Of a stretch of DNA of 64,000 bases, positions 38,850-52,500 are shown piece by piece; position 1 is the stretch's first letter; the number at the start of each line of letters is the position of its first letter. Origin of the DNA: Octopus sinensis. Its lineage: Eukaryota. Location of the stretch: assembly GCF_006345805.1 (NCBI RefSeq), contig NC_043003.1, positions 8,680,001-8,744,000 of the forward strand. The letters run 5' to 3'. Position numbers and translations under genes: made by a program. The notes beneath the pieces were generated by a model. It was not told the origin of the DNA. It saw only the letters and a program-made list of their open reading frames with translations, and ran no database searches.

Positions 38850-40115
38850 GATGGGTTCCCAAGCGTGACTAATTAAGATTATGGATCTTATCCAATATTC
38901 TCGTTCTTTTAAAATTAAGATAAATAAAATCCGTTTTAAATCTAAAATATACTCTCCTTCATTTTCTACAATGCTCTTCCATCTATCTGGTAAACTTGCA
39001 AGGCCCCTCTTCCAAATTTCCCTTGTCCGTGACAAAAACTACTCCGCCACTACTGTTCTAACCTCGTCTACAAATTCATATTTTTTCCGTCCAAATGATT
39101 TTGAAGGCTGCAAAATAAATGATAATCAGTTGGGGCAATGTCCAGCGAATATGGTGAGTGGGGCTTCGTTTCCCATTCAAACTGTTCCAGCCTTTGGACT
39201 GTCATCTTCGCTGTTTGTGTCCGAACATCACCCTGATGGAAGAACACCTTTCGCCTTGAAACCAAAGATGGTTGTTTTTCTTCTAGTGCTGACTCAAGCC
39301 ACTCTAGTTGTTTGCAGTAGATCTCTGTTGTCGTTTGGTTTGGGTTTAAAAGTTCAAAGTGGACTAAACCTTTCATATCCTACCAAAAACAGATAACAAC
39401 AATCTACTTGGGTGAAGACCTTCTTTGGCCTGGGGTGCCGGTGTTTCTCCTTTCCCTACCCACTGTCTTCGGCATTTGACATTTTTATGGAGAGCCCATA
39501 TTTTTCTTACCAGTCACTATTCGGTCCCAAAAAGATTCATTCATGAGACGTGACAGCAAAAAAAGAGTACATATTCACTCTCTGCGCGCGATTAGACTCG
39601 GAAAGTGTGTGAGAAACCTATAGACCCAATTTGATGACTTTTCCAATGGTATGAAGGTGTGGATTAATGGTTGAATGACCAAATCCAAGCTTCTTTGCTA
39701 ATTCCTCAAAAGTTACGATAAGATTTCGTTCCATGAGGGTTTGCAGGACGTCCTCGTCGAGCTCTACAGATCTTCCAGGACGAGGCTCGTCTTCTATACA
39801 GTAGTTTCCGGCTCGGAATTTCCGGCTTATTGTCCAGTTGCATTAATATTCCTTGCATTTTCCGTTGCATTGTTGCCTTTATTGAACTCATACAGCAAAA
39901 TATGCCGAATATGCTCCTTTGTCGATTCCTTTATTGATTTGATAAAGTAACTGCTAAAACCGAACTGAACTCTTCAAAGCTTGCACTAAGAATAAGGATA
40001 AGGTAAAATGACTACCCGCTCTTATAGCAAGTTTATGCAGGTAATTTATCTTGTTCCTCTCCGACTTTTAGCTTATGAAATTAAAAAACCCGCATTATTT
40101 GTGGGATGACCCAAG
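38850..40115 (-). mobile_element. Mariner element with a near-complete decayed transposase (about 38880-39930)
   Basis: KEHIRHILLYEFNKG, LAKKLGFGHSTI, FWDRIVTG, DMKGLVHFELL, PHSPYSLDIAPTDYHLF, LPDRWKSIVENEGEY. Outer limits approximate. Confidence 0.85.
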
Positions 40116-40186
40116 ATATATATATATATATATATATTAATATTATATATATATATATATCTATATTATATATATATAATATATAT

Positions 40187-40803
40187 AACATTATTGGTCA
40201 ATTGAAGAAATGGAGCTGAACGCAGATTGAACAGAAATCGTTTTATTTCATTCTTACACGTGTTTCGAAAGGCACAAATTACCAAATCCGATTGAATAAT
40301 GGGACCATATTGTGTCTTTCTCTTCAGGAAGAAAAAAGGAAATCCGTTGGAAAAACAAAAACAGAACAGAGGCGGAGCAAAGAACAAATCGAACTGTGCT
40401 CCTAAGAGCCCATGGCGAAAGAGTTTCGCCATGGGCTCTTAGGAGCACAGTTCGATTTGTTCTTTGCTCCGCCTCTGTTTGTTTTTGTTTTTCCAACGGA
40501 TTTCCTTTTTTCTTCCTGAAGAGAAAGACACAATATGGTCCCATTATTCAATCGGATTTTGGTAATTTGTGCCTTTCGAAACACGTGTAGAATGAAATAA
40601 AACGATTTCTGTTCAATCTGCGTTCAGCTCCATTTCTTCAATTCACCAATAATGTTTTAATTTCAATTATCCGCCACCAACGCACGGTTGCAACGCCAGA
40701 TGGTTGTACCTCCAACCGTGCTGTTTACTGCTGGATTTTTGCTACTAAGGTATCGGTTAAACTTTTGATTAATCACTACAAGATTATTCATCTTTTATTT
40801 CAC
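40187..40803 (+). mobile_element. Fold-back hammerhead element, family X (470-bp palindrome plus ~147-nt tail)
   Basis: Arms 40187-40420 and 40424-40656, 3-nt loop, about four differences. Hammerhead at 40513-40592 followed by AATAAA at 40596-40601. TA tracts on both sides. Confidence 0.8.
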
Positions 40804-40827
40804 ATTATATATATATATATATAAATA

Positions 40828-41015
40828 TATTATATAGAAGGAGCTTCTACAGGACTAGAACTGTTTCATTCAAGAGAAATCATCAGGAAGCATTCTCTTG
40901 AATGAAACAGTTCTAGTCCTGTAGAAGCTCCTTCTATATAATAAATTAATTTTACTCTGCTATGTATTGAGTACCTTATTTACTGTGGTTAACCCCGAAT
41001 CAACTCGGGACCTAC
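40828..41015 (+). mobile_element. Family Y copy b
   Basis: Same arms and tail as 33262-33461 with an asymmetric centre. Confidence 0.75.
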
Positions 41016-41456
41016 ATATATATATATATATAGGGGTAAAATATGAAAAATCAACGAAAATGCACATTGCAAATAAAAAAAGGCTATTTATAACAGGTAA
41101 CAACAAATATATACATTAAGATTGACTGAGGTAGTAATAAGAGTCATAAAAGTCATTATTATGAGATGATTATAAGATGATAATAAAGATATTTTCTTTT
41201 TGTAACACACACACACATATATATATATATATATGTTTTGATTATTTAAAATTTCCAAAATACGTTATTGATAAAAAAAATGATTAAGAATTTCGTTTAC
41301 CAACCTAAATTTGTTTTTCCTCAAAATTGAAATAATTATTTAGTTTCTTATCAGAAATGCGTAGATACCGAATTTTATACACTTCTATGCATATATAAAT
41401 AACGTTGATTATTAAGCCATTAAGTTTTAGGTCGGAGGTGAGGGCAACCTTATTTT

Positions 41457-41539
41457 GATTATTATTATTATTATTGTTGTTGTTGTTGTTGCTGTTGTTG
41501 TCGTCGTCGTCGGCGTTGTTATTGTTGTTGTTGTTGTTG

Positions 41540-41589
<50 letters not shown>

Positions 41590-41635
41590 GTTATTATTAT
41601 CATTATTATTATTACTGTTGTTGTTGTTATTATTA
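41457..41635. repeat. (ATT/GTT)n compound tract
   Basis: Seen directly. Confidence 0.95.
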
Positions 41636-41944
41636 TGTCTAAGTGCATTTGAACCAACGAGGGCCATTTGCACCGGGAAAAAATTACGAGTCTTTAATTT
41701 TACAAATTCATAAATATGCACACGACCACACTGAATAACTAATTAAAGTGTCACAATACATTAATTAACCGGATAGTTATCATACTTTAATTACCGGACA
41801 ACCAAAGACGCCACTAAGTATAATTTTGTCTGAAACCTTTTACTTCGCAAATTAATCAGACGGTTGGTTCATCTTTGCTTTTGGAAAAGTAAGAGATGCT
41901 AGATGGGATTGATGCGCAGTGATTCTTTGTTGGTTGGTAATATA

Positions 41945-42388
41945 ATCATTGATTTCAAATTTTGGCTTACGTCAGCAGCTTTGTGGGAGGAGTTAAGTCG
42001 ATTAAATCGATCCCAGTATTCAATTAGTCATTGTTTTATCGATCATTAGACCGATAAAAGGCAAAGCTGATCTCGGCGGAATTTGAACTCGGAGCGTAAA
42101 GACAGACGAAATACCACTATGTTTTCGCTTGGCGTGCTGACGTTTCTGCCAGCTTGTCGCCTTCTTTTTAATATTCTTTTCTATTCTAGGCACAAGGCCT
42201 GAAATTTTGGGAGAGTGGAGCCAGTCGATTAGATCGACCCAGTACGCAACTGGTACTCACTTTATAGACCCCGAAAGGCTGAAAGGCAAAATTGACCTCG
42301 GTGGAATTTGAACTCAGAACGTAAAGACGGACAAAATGCCGCTGTGAATTTTTCCCGGCATACTGATCATTCTGCCAGTTCCCCGCCA
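41945..42388 (-). mobile_element. Two adjacent SINE-B2 copies
   Basis: Copies at about 41945-42165 and 42172-42388, each with its own head and B2 tail. Confidence 0.75.
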
Positions 42389-43065
42389 AGGTTTGTAATA
42401 TAATTATTAATATCATAAAAATCTAGCATGCAAGATTTTCAGATAAATATCTCAAATTGGCCAGTGAGATGTATCTGAATCACAGATAAATACAGGTATA
42501 TCAAATACCACACAACATAAATTCGTGATTTATTTAATGTATCTCCTATCTCCGACTCTTGAAGATGTATCATAATTGCTAAATAGCAATTGAGACCAGT
42601 TCTACTTGAGAAGGGGAGATAATTTCAAAGCCAAGAATTCTCAAACTGTTTTTTAAAATATTTGTATAAAGAAACTATTCTCTTAGCTTTTTATATGTTA
42701 TTATTTCTTTTTTTATTTCTTTTTGCCATTGGGCTGCGGCCATGCTGGAATATCGGCTTGAAGGGTTTCGTGTGATAAATTGATCCCAATACTTATTTTT
42801 AAATGTCGTACTTAAACTAAAGCTCACTTTTACCAAATTGATAATTTACGAGGACGTAAACAGACCAACATCGGTTGTGAAGCGGTGGTGGTGAACATAT
42901 ACGAAGACATACACATACACACATATAGGAGAGGCTTCCGCACAGTTTCCGCCTAACAAATTTACTCATAAAGCATTATTTGATCCCAAAACCCAAAATG
43001 AACGTCTTCCATAGGAGTTATAAAATACCCATCTAGTTAAACTATTACATATGGATATCAAAATA

Positions 43066-43632
43066 TTGGGTTGTCCGGAAAGTTCGTGCCGATTTATAGT
43101 AGTTTATCTTTTGACTTATTTTAGAACATGGTTGAGTCCATAAAGTGGTATTTGATTACATCTCCATTTAGAGCACAGTTTAGAGCTATCTTTTCATTGA
43201 AGAAGATTTATGTTCTTATAACCTGTGTTAATTCTGTAACCCTTTAAAATGTAAAATAAGAAAGTTCATTTTCGGCACTTGATGATTTGGGAACCAGACA
43301 AAAATTGCTGCAGCTGGACTGGGATGTGTTACCCCACCCTCCATATTCACCAGATATTGCTCCTTTGGATTTCCACTTATTCAGGTCTCTGTAGAATAGT
43401 CTTAATGGTAAAAATTTCAATTCCTTGGAGGACGTAAAAAGATACCTTGATGAATTCTTTGCCATGAAACCACCTCAATTCTAGGAAGAGGGTATTTTCA
43501 AGTTAAAGGAAAGATGGAGACGCATTGTGCAACAAAATGGTTCATATTTGGTTGATTAGAAAAGTAATGGCAAGTATTTATTGACCTTTTTCTTTCCTTT
43601 AAAAATCGGCACGAACTTTCCGGACAACCCAA
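43066..43632 (+). mobile_element. Internally deleted mariner with perfect 30-bp TIRs
   Basis: TTGGGTTGTCCGGAAAGTTCGTGCCGATTT at both ends with TA duplication. Encodes LPHPPYSPDIAPLDFHLFRSL...QNGSY. Confidence 0.92.
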
Positions 43633-46479
43633 TATTATTGCATTGTAAAAGAATGAGGAATTAATTCAAGTTGCTAGAATCTGGGACTTTTTCTGGCATT
43701 ACGTCAATAGTAGTTCTGCATAATCTTTGTCGAGCCTCATAGTTTGGGAAATTTAGTAAAATATGTTTTGAAATTGATCCAAATGGTAGAAACAGTTTGT
43801 AACGTATTCCGCTATCGATTCTCTCTTCTCTTCTTTCAGTGTTAAATGTAACATCTAGTGTTTAATCAACCATGATACGAACAATAGCAGCATTGAATCC
43901 AAAGTCACTGAATAAAATGTAAAGTTTGATGCTACTTGATTCGTGCATACTCAACTGTTTCGCCATGAATTTAATACATTTAAAACTAATGTTCTCAAAC
44001 AATTTGAGCTTCTCAAGAGTTAAAATTCGTACATCAACGACACACTCTTTATAAAATTACTTTCAATGTGTGGTGTCATTTTATTTTATTTTTAGCTCTT
44101 ACATTTCATAACTTGCTTGAGTTAGGGAAGTAGTTACGTTAATGTATTTTAAAATAAGATTGCTGTTCGTATAAATATATTTTTTTTAATGTTAGTTTGT
44201 CTAAAGGCAGAATCCATTTTAGTTTTCATATTCTTTATGCACGGACAAATTCTAACGTTCATGACTACTTTTTATAAATTGCAAGCAGTTTTTTTTTTAT
44301 TAGACACAAAGTTGCCAATTTTCTTCTATGGAAAAATATCTAACCGTTTTTCAATGCACAATGAACTTTTGCCGGCATTTCTTTTCCGTTTATCAGTTCC
44401 AGACATTAAAGAAACTGTTACTATTATGCACTTTACGATACTGATTTAACACTTTTAATACAAATAAATAAGCAAAGGAACCGTAAATGTTGTCAGCGTC
44501 CAAACGTTTTACAATCGACATCATAGCTGTCAAACGGAAATTTTCAGTTCTTCACTATTAGATGAGCAGACGACGTACTCGACTGATCGTTTAGTGAATA
44601 AGATGCCAGAGTTTAAATGGAGGATGCGTCCATAAAATCTTGCGTGTGATCGTCTGCTAGAAAATGGCCGCTAATGGTGAAGTCGTGTTTCGTACTTACA
44701 GTGACTTCTGAGGCCAGTGACTTCTGAGTTAGTCTTGTTAACACCATAACCCCCAAGTATACATACATAATACACACATACATGTATGTATGAAATCAGC
44801 TGGACGCCAGCAGATTTCAAGGAGGCGGACTGGGAAGATGTTTCTAAGGGTTAATATGTTCTGGGGAAGGTAAGATCTTTGTATCAAACAAGAAACTGTT
44901 CCATTGTACATAATTCCTCATCTTTTAAATATAGAACAGTCTTCAGTATCTTTTGTACTCTATGTAAATCTATTCAGTAGATATATAGATATATAAGTAT
45001 CTAAATACTTATACATGAATGTTAATCTTCTAAATATTTCTAGTTTTAGTTTCTTTTTCTATATATCTCCATATATATTTACATGTCTATATGTATGTAT
45101 ATCTTATATATCAAACCCAAGCGTGTTTACTTCTTTATTTGAATCATTATCTCTATATTAGCTCACCTGGATTTCTCTTCTAGTCACTCTTTACTCTGCA
45201 GACTTAGTCCTCAATGAGGTCTTCAAAATTTAAGGTCGAATTATTTAAGTAGTATTACAGGTTTTCTATACTGAGAATCTCTGGATCCCTCGTGTTGGCT
45301 TCATAACTGTATATATATATGTATATGTATGTATGAAAGTATGTATGTCGGCATATATGTATACACATACATTCTACACCACAAGCTGGCATGCTCACTC
45401 AGTTTCACATGTGACGCTGCACACAAAATTTTTTATTTTCTTATTGAAGCGAACAATAAAACTCATTAGCAATAAAATAATATAAAAATAATGTCTGTCT
45501 GCGTAAAGTTCTTTTTTATCTTTATAGTGGACTCAAAACTATTAAAATTTTATATTAATACCCTCCAAAAATAATGAAATCATTTCAGATGGTAAAATAT
45601 AAAATGTTGCTCTAGGTATTATATACAGACAGTAAGTATTTCCACCTTCCTCGATGAATGGAAGAACAGTGTTACAGAGATTAACGTTTCAAACGTTCTT
45701 GCGATATAGTTGATAAGAATAATCGATTTTAAGAAATGTGTCTCTGACAAAAATGTTTCTTTTTCCGCTGAATAAAGCAAGTAAACTAGTTGGTCTCACA
45801 TTTTACCCAGAAGCCGGAATCGCTCCCATTTCAGCTTCACTAAAAATGTTTTAACTCTTCATAATATGCTATTTATGTTTATTTCAATACAACAGATGAC
45901 ATTCAGGTTTTATTTTTGAAGAGATTTTTCTTTCTATAACTTACTGAGGTGCCCCCCACGTCGAGTGAAGCATATAGCGGTAAAAAAAAATGCCTGCGCT
46001 CCAGTAGGGTCGCACAGCCACCAGTCTTAGTGCGTCGTTTTCATCGTAGATTTACAGTCTGAAGGTCCCTGTCGATCGTCTGGTGCCATTGCATCTTTGG
46101 ATGTACCCTGCGCCATTGCCCTTTAAGTTGGCAAGTCTGGTCATCAGGAGTCTAATAACATGTCCCTGCCAACCCGCTCGGCACTTGCAAGATGATGAAG
46201 GACACTAGGCGTTAATCTGCTCTTCTGACCTTCTTGTTGACGATAAGGAAGGTCGTTCCTTCTTTAATTATGGTTCGCTCTTTTATTCGGTATAATTTTC
46301 ATGACATTAAAACCTTTGCCATTAGGTCCGACTTCAAAACACTTTGCCGCTCCCTAGATTACACCACAGATCACGAAAATAGATCAGATGATAAAACATG
46401 ACGAACTGCACATTTTTACTCTATAGAATCCTTAAAAAAAACAGTCGTTAATAATTGAAGTAATATATATAATATATTT

Positions 46480-46650
46480 ATTTATTTTATAGAAGGAGCT
46501 TCTACAGGACTAGAACTGTTTCATTCATTTTTTTTTAATGAAACAGTTCTAGTCCTGTAGAAGCTCCTTCTATAAAATAAATTAATTTACTCTGCTATGT
46601 ATGAGAGACCTTATTTACTGTGGTTAACCCCGACTCAACCCGGGACCTAC
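46480..46650 (+). mobile_element. Family Y copy c (shorter arms, T-rich spacer)
   Basis: Palindrome 46480-46582 and the same tail ending GGACCTAC, followed by (TA)n. Confidence 0.75.
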
Positions 46651-46654
46651 ATAT

Positions 46655-46688
<34 letters not shown>

Positions 46689-46735
46689 ATTATATATATA
46701 TATATATATATTATAATATAATATATATTTATATA

Positions 46736-46768
<33 letters not shown>

Positions 46769-46769
46769 A

Positions 46770-46984
46770 CGGGAAGCCTTATGAAAATAAACAAAAGACG
46801 AAGGCAGGTGGAGTACAAACAAACAATTGTATTAGTATGGCGCTCAGGAATATAAATAAAAACAAGTCTTTTACGTTTCGAGCCTACGCTCTTCAACAGA
46901 AAGATACACAGAAAAGAAACACGAAGAGAAACAAGGAGAGAAAAAAATGCGTGCAGAAGCTAGCGATTCAACATGGCGAACTGG

Positions 46985-46988
<4 letters not shown>
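46770..46988 (-). mobile_element. Family W element inside (TA)n
   Basis: Minus strand reads TCTTT-CTGTTGA-A-GAGC-GTAG-GCTC-GAAAC-GTA-AAAGA (46867-46904). Colinear end to end with 61946-62135. Confidence 0.7.
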
Positions 46989-47036
<48 letters not shown>

Positions 47037-47679
47037 TAATTCGTCCTTAGTCGAAAGTTGTTAATGTCCTGTTATTTGCATTCGTATTTCTGTACAATTT
47101 CTCCGTTTTTTTTCGTTCTTGTTTTTGCATACATTCACTGCTTTCTTCCAAGGAATATAGTGCTCTTAGCTTAGTTTTTCCTTGCGGGTGGCCAGATTGG
47201 AGCAATCTCGCGTATACCCAGTCGAAATTGCAAAGATAAACTGTTATCCCCCGGCCATAGTATAGTTGATATTATTTTGATTTTTTAATGTACTTTTATT
47301 CTTGTACTTTTTCCACGTTTATGCAAATGTGTTGAAGTTAGCCCGAACACCCTGTACACACACACACACACACAAACACACCCTCACACACAGACATATA
47401 TGTATGTATGTATGTATAAATATATATAAATTTATATAAATATATATAAATTTATATATATATTTATATATATTATATATATAATATATAATATACGTAC
47501 ACACACACATACACATATATGTACGCACACACGCGTATATATCGTATATATAAACACACATGTGTATACATAATTGAACGTATGTATATTTATATATATT
47601 GACACATGTTAAATGCATACATTCATACATACATACATGCATACAGACAGACAGACAGACAGACAGACACAATACACAA

Positions 47680-47726
<47 letters not shown>

Positions 47727-48201
47727 CGCGTGCGTATACGTGTGAGTGTGCGCATGCTCGTGTATGTGTGCGTATATCTGCGTTATACCGTAATATATGG
47801 ACCATAAGGCTCCTCCACGTGATGCCATTAATTAGGAAATCAATCAGTCTCCATTTTCTCTAAAACAGTGATTGTGAGTCAGCTAACAATGCGTGATAGA
47901 CACCTATGAATATCGTTTATTGACTGCCCGGCTATCACGCTGGGAATTCTTATCTATATATCAAATTATTAGACTTCTCTCTGTCTTGCTGTCTTTGTTC
48001 GCCCTCAGTTTCCATCGCCATCACTCATATATATGTATGTAAATATATATATATATGTATATATATATGTATGTATATATATATGTATGTATATATATAC
48101 ATATATATATACATGGCGGTACATATATAATATATATACAAAGGCGGTGCTCCAGCATGGCCGCAGTCAAAATGACTGAAAAACAAATAAAAAGAAAAAG
48201 A

Positions 48202-48257
<56 letters not shown>

Positions 48258-48259
48258 TA

Positions 48260-49015
48260 CATGGTGTGATGGCTAATAGTCGCCATTTTATATTTGATTC
48301 CGCGCATGTGCATTGTATGTTTTTGATTTTTTGCGACTACACATCATAGTAGGGTCATTTGGGCACCGTCTGTGAGATAAAGAGCACAATGTGGCAATTC
48401 ACTCCACGAGAAATTTAGAAACGACATGCTGTACTGCTTGGCACTCGCACCAGAAATCCAATACGAACATTTCAGGGTATTTGGGCGTTAATCTGAGAAG
48501 AGTGCAATCTGAGGACATGTACCGAGAGTGATAAAAATCAAACATCCAGTTAAAATCATGTTGTTTGGAGTGATCACTATGATGGCGGCGTTATGGCTCC
48601 ATTCATCTTCCCACACGGCCTTAGACTCAACGCGGCGGCCTACATCAAGTGCCTGGAGGAGGTAGTACTGCGCTAGGTGAAGAGGGTGGCTGTTGGAACA
48701 CCCTAAGTCTAGCAAAAGGAGTCTGCACCATGTCACACAAGCAAGGGAACCCAGTCATGGGTGTCAGGAAATTTCTGTGACCACATCACCCCTAACATCT
48801 GGCCACCTAACTCCCCAGACTGCAATCCCCTTGTGTGGGGCGCAGTTGAGCGAGACACCAAGAAAACTCCTTGTAACGGCAAAGAAGAATTCAAGGCAAG
48901 GATTATGGCAGCATTTACCAACTTAAACAAGAAGACCACCCACAAGTGTAACAGGAGAGTCTGAAGTCGTCTCGAGATCGTGGTAGAAGCGAATGGCAAT
49001 TTTATTGAATACATT
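48260..49015 (+). mobile_element. Internally deleted Tc1/mariner-superfamily element, maT/Bmmar1-like
   Basis: KHPVKIMLFGV, PFIFPHGLRLN, SAPCHT, WPPNSPDCNPL, ANGNFIE. Confidence 0.8.
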
Positions 49016-49139
49016 TACGCAAGGTTCCACGCAGTGAGGCGGAAACCGGGGCCATGTATTTCGGAAGCAAGCTTCCTACCACACGACCACTGAAAACCTA
49101 GTTATGTTTCGGCCAAAGTATGGCCTAGGCCATGTCTAA

Positions 49140-49480
49140 TGTATGACCAGACTTGCCAACTAAGCCCTTAAGTAGAACCCTCAGAAGCAATGACGCATGA
49201 TGCATCCAAAGATGCAATGGCACCAGACGACCACCTGATATGATCTGCTAAGTTATTTTCATGTCAAATTTTGTGACATCATGACCCATTCATGTAGGGA
49301 GTTGTTGACTAAGGTATATCCAGTTAGGGATAGCTTATCTGGCATACCTCGCAAACAATTGTCCAGGATTCGTTTGCAGGTGATGAAATCTTTTTCTTTG
49401 AATTGTTTTGGGATAATATCAAATACAGCATGGTCTGTTGCATAAAAGAAAGTGTGTAGCAGTGAATTTATATGTTGTGA
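49140..49480 (-). mobile_element. CR1-group LINE 3' remnant; part of its UTR recurs at about 46075-46145 (+)
   Basis: VFDIIPKQF...KRILDNCLRGMPD...GY...NNSLHEW. GTCTGGTGCCATTGCATCTTTGGATG is shared with 46078-46103. Confidence 0.55.
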
Positions 49481-49975
49481 TCCTGAATTGTGTGGGGAAC
49501 ATATGGCCCGTAGCCCTAGCCTTGGATGATTTCTGAATCAAATGTTTACAGTGGTTTGGGCAATGCTGGTGGTATCATTCTCCACACTGTGAAAATGATG
49601 TAACGCTCACGGCCGCGCTGGAGAGAAGAAGGTTTCAATGTTTAAAGGAGGTCCCAATAAACAAGAACGGTCATATCTTCAATTTTTTAGGGGATACTCT
49701 CTGGGGGGGGGGTGACTTAATTCCTGTAATGCTTTATTTTGTCTGGTGAGACCACAGAAATCAGAAGTATTCTACGTATGATCGTACAAAAGGGGAAAAG
49801 AGGAGAATGATGACATCATGCTCCCTGGACCTGAATGTTCTGAGGACCCAGGAGCTCATCCTGTGAGCTATATCGACTTTATTGTTGATGTGGGCACTCC
49901 AGCTGAGATTGTTGTTTACAATCACTCCTAGGTCTCTGATATTATTAGAGATATAATTACATACATATGTATATA

Positions 49976-50013
<38 letters not shown>

Positions 50014-50242
50014 TATATACATACATACAGGTATACATATATATAATATATATGAATGTATGTATTGGTGTAAATATGTATCTATGTATTTGTGTATATG
50101 TATATACGTATACATATATGAAAATAAACCTACACTCGTTCTCAAGGTGGGTCACGAACACACACACATACAGACAATATTTATGTATCTATCTGTCTGT
50201 CTGTCTGTCTGTCTATCTACCTATCTATCTATCTATCTATCT

Positions 50243-51696
50243 GAAGAACTGGGGCGAGGGATAACGACTAGGGTGGCTACTCTCACCAGAAATGGACTGA
50301 GAGAAGAGAAGCTATCCTAAAAGGTCGGGAGGAGGTGGCGAAACGCTACATCGCATCCGTCATCGAGTATCGTCTGACCGTCGTGCCTTGTCCGGACCCT
50401 ACCATCACCAAACTGGAACGCATAATCTTCCGCTTCTTGTGGAAGGGAAATGTTCCGATGTTAGGCGATCCATTTGCTGCCAACACCGCTAAATGGAGAG
50501 GCGGGCATTGCGCGGGGCATTGCGTGGTTGATGATGGCGCAGACATGCGCTGAGACTTGCGACATCTCCGGCGCTTCATAGACAACGGTGAACAGGGGTG
50601 TCGCCTTTTGTGCGCGCGCGCTTTCCGCAGCTCGTCCTTGGACGAACTACAGTCATGGATCAAGCAGAAACCGAGGCTAGGCGAATGGCACCGCGAGTGT
50701 GCCGTTGCTCTCAAGCAACTCTGCCGTCCGGGATCGAACTTGTGCGACCCTCCATCACAACAAAGGATTCTATAGAGGATTAGTGGAGGGGAGGTGCGAC
50801 GACGAACTCGGGCAGAGTCTGGGCGTCGACGAGGAAACCTGACCCGCAGTTCAGGACAACTTTCGGGCAAGGGACCTATGAACATCACCAAAGATCCCTG
50901 GCCTGGCAGTGCTATCGAGAGGCATTAACCTGTTCGGGATAAGCTCTACAGACACGGTTCCAGACACCACTGGACCGACTTGCCCGAGATGCGGTCAGAG
51001 CGACGAAAAACCGTTCTGCACGCACTCGTGCAATGTCCAACCATTTCCGACCTGTGGGCTTATGCCGAACGGCTGCTGTCACGTGTGGAACGAATCCGCC
51101 TATCGGCCGAGTCTATCGGAGAATTGCTCCGCCCCTTCCCTCAACCGGGAAGGCAAGGCAGTTTTCATCGTACTGGTGGCCATGGTGAAAGAATGTGTGT
51201 GGTGGACTCGAGCGAAAGGATTAGAGACAAACACTTACCTCTCTGGCAATCGCTCATCAACTTTTTCAAGTACCACTTGAAAAGGACAGGTGAGAATGGA
51301 GAGGGAAGTTTTGTCTCGCGAAAGATTAAAAAAAAGATGGGTGAATGTCTTGCAAAGATGGTGCGTGCTAGTAACGAAAACCATTTTGAGCATGATCCTG
51401 TAGATCGTAAAGAAAGAAAGAAGAGAGCATTTTTGATCTCATGTGTTTATTTCCTCCTGACTGGGGTTCCCGTGGTCTTTTCTGTAGGCTTTTCTTCCAC
51501 GGATGAACCCAATTTGTTATATCAATGTTTACATCATTATTTCTATGATACACGATTTTCTTTTTTTTTCCTTTTTTCCTCCTCTCGATCCCTTTTGATC
51601 GCAATCTTACATTTTTTTTTCCACCCTCGAAAAGAAAAGCTCTGCATTTGTATTTGTCCCCCTCTGTATTCAGCCTGTGTGGCTAATAAAAGAAAG

Positions 51697-51697
<1 letters not shown>
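50243..51697 (+). mobile_element. L1/Tx1-type LINE copy 3, 5'-truncated and heavily frameshifted, inside (TATC)n
   Basis: Homologous to copies 1 and 2, end AATAAAAGAAAGT. TATC/CTGT repeats at 50185-50242 and 51698-51960. Confidence 0.9.
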
Positions 51698-51730
<33 letters not shown>

Positions 51731-51761
51731 GTCGTCTGTCTATCTATCTATCTATCTACTA

Positions 51762-51805
<44 letters not shown>

Positions 51806-51825
51806 CATCTATCTATCTATTATCC

Positions 51826-51856
<31 letters not shown>

Positions 51857-52195
51857 CATCTATCTATCTATCTGTCTGTCTATCTATTTATCTATCTTCT
51901 ATCTATCTATCTATCTGTCTGTCTATCTATCTATCTATCTATCTGTCTGTCTATCTGTCATTCAGATAGATTGATGGATGGATGGATAGATAGATAGATA
52001 TCCGAAGGGCTTCCACACAATTTTCATGTACTAAATTCACTCACGAACTATTAGAGTGACCGAGACTGTAGCAGAAAGACTCTTGCTCAAGATGCTGCGA
52101 ACCTGGAACCACGAACTTAACACAGCCATGTACACGCACTAGTGTTGTGTACAAAGGAAATATACGTTAAATAAAGAATACTACAGTACATGGTT

Positions 52196-52500
52196 ATAAT
52201 AATAATAATAATGAAATTATTGTATACAGTGCTCAGGTGCACCACAACTTGTCAGAAAGTGCATATAAAGTACATGCAGTAATGTAGAAATGTCTGGAAA
52301 GTGAACATGCTTGTGTATATATGGAGGGGAGAAAATCAAGTGTAGTGTTGGTGAATCTCAGGAAGCATGGAAGTCTTGAAGGATGCAGTGCTCCGACAAC
52401 TAACAACCGATGCCGGCAGTTTGTTCCACGCTTCAGCAACTCTCAGCGTGAAAAAATGTTTCCTGAAGTCATGGGAGCTGTGCTGTTTTCTTATGAAGAG
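52196..52500 (-). mobile_element. CR1-group LINE 3' end with an (ATT)n tail
   Basis: RKHFFTLRVAEAWNKLPASVVSCRSTASFKT. Confidence 0.8.

Noticed and set aside
38881-39396. 171-aa plus-strand ORF
   Set aside because: Antisense shadow of the mariner transposase remnant.
44791-44819. Isolated 12-bp-stem hairpin TGAAATC-A-GCTGG-ACG-CCAGC-A-GATTTCA
   Set aside because: Single occurrence with no supporting termini or family; compatible with chance.
50980-51969. 329-aa ORF as a gene
   Set aside because: Composite of frameshifted LINE sequence, its UTR and the (TATC)n tract.
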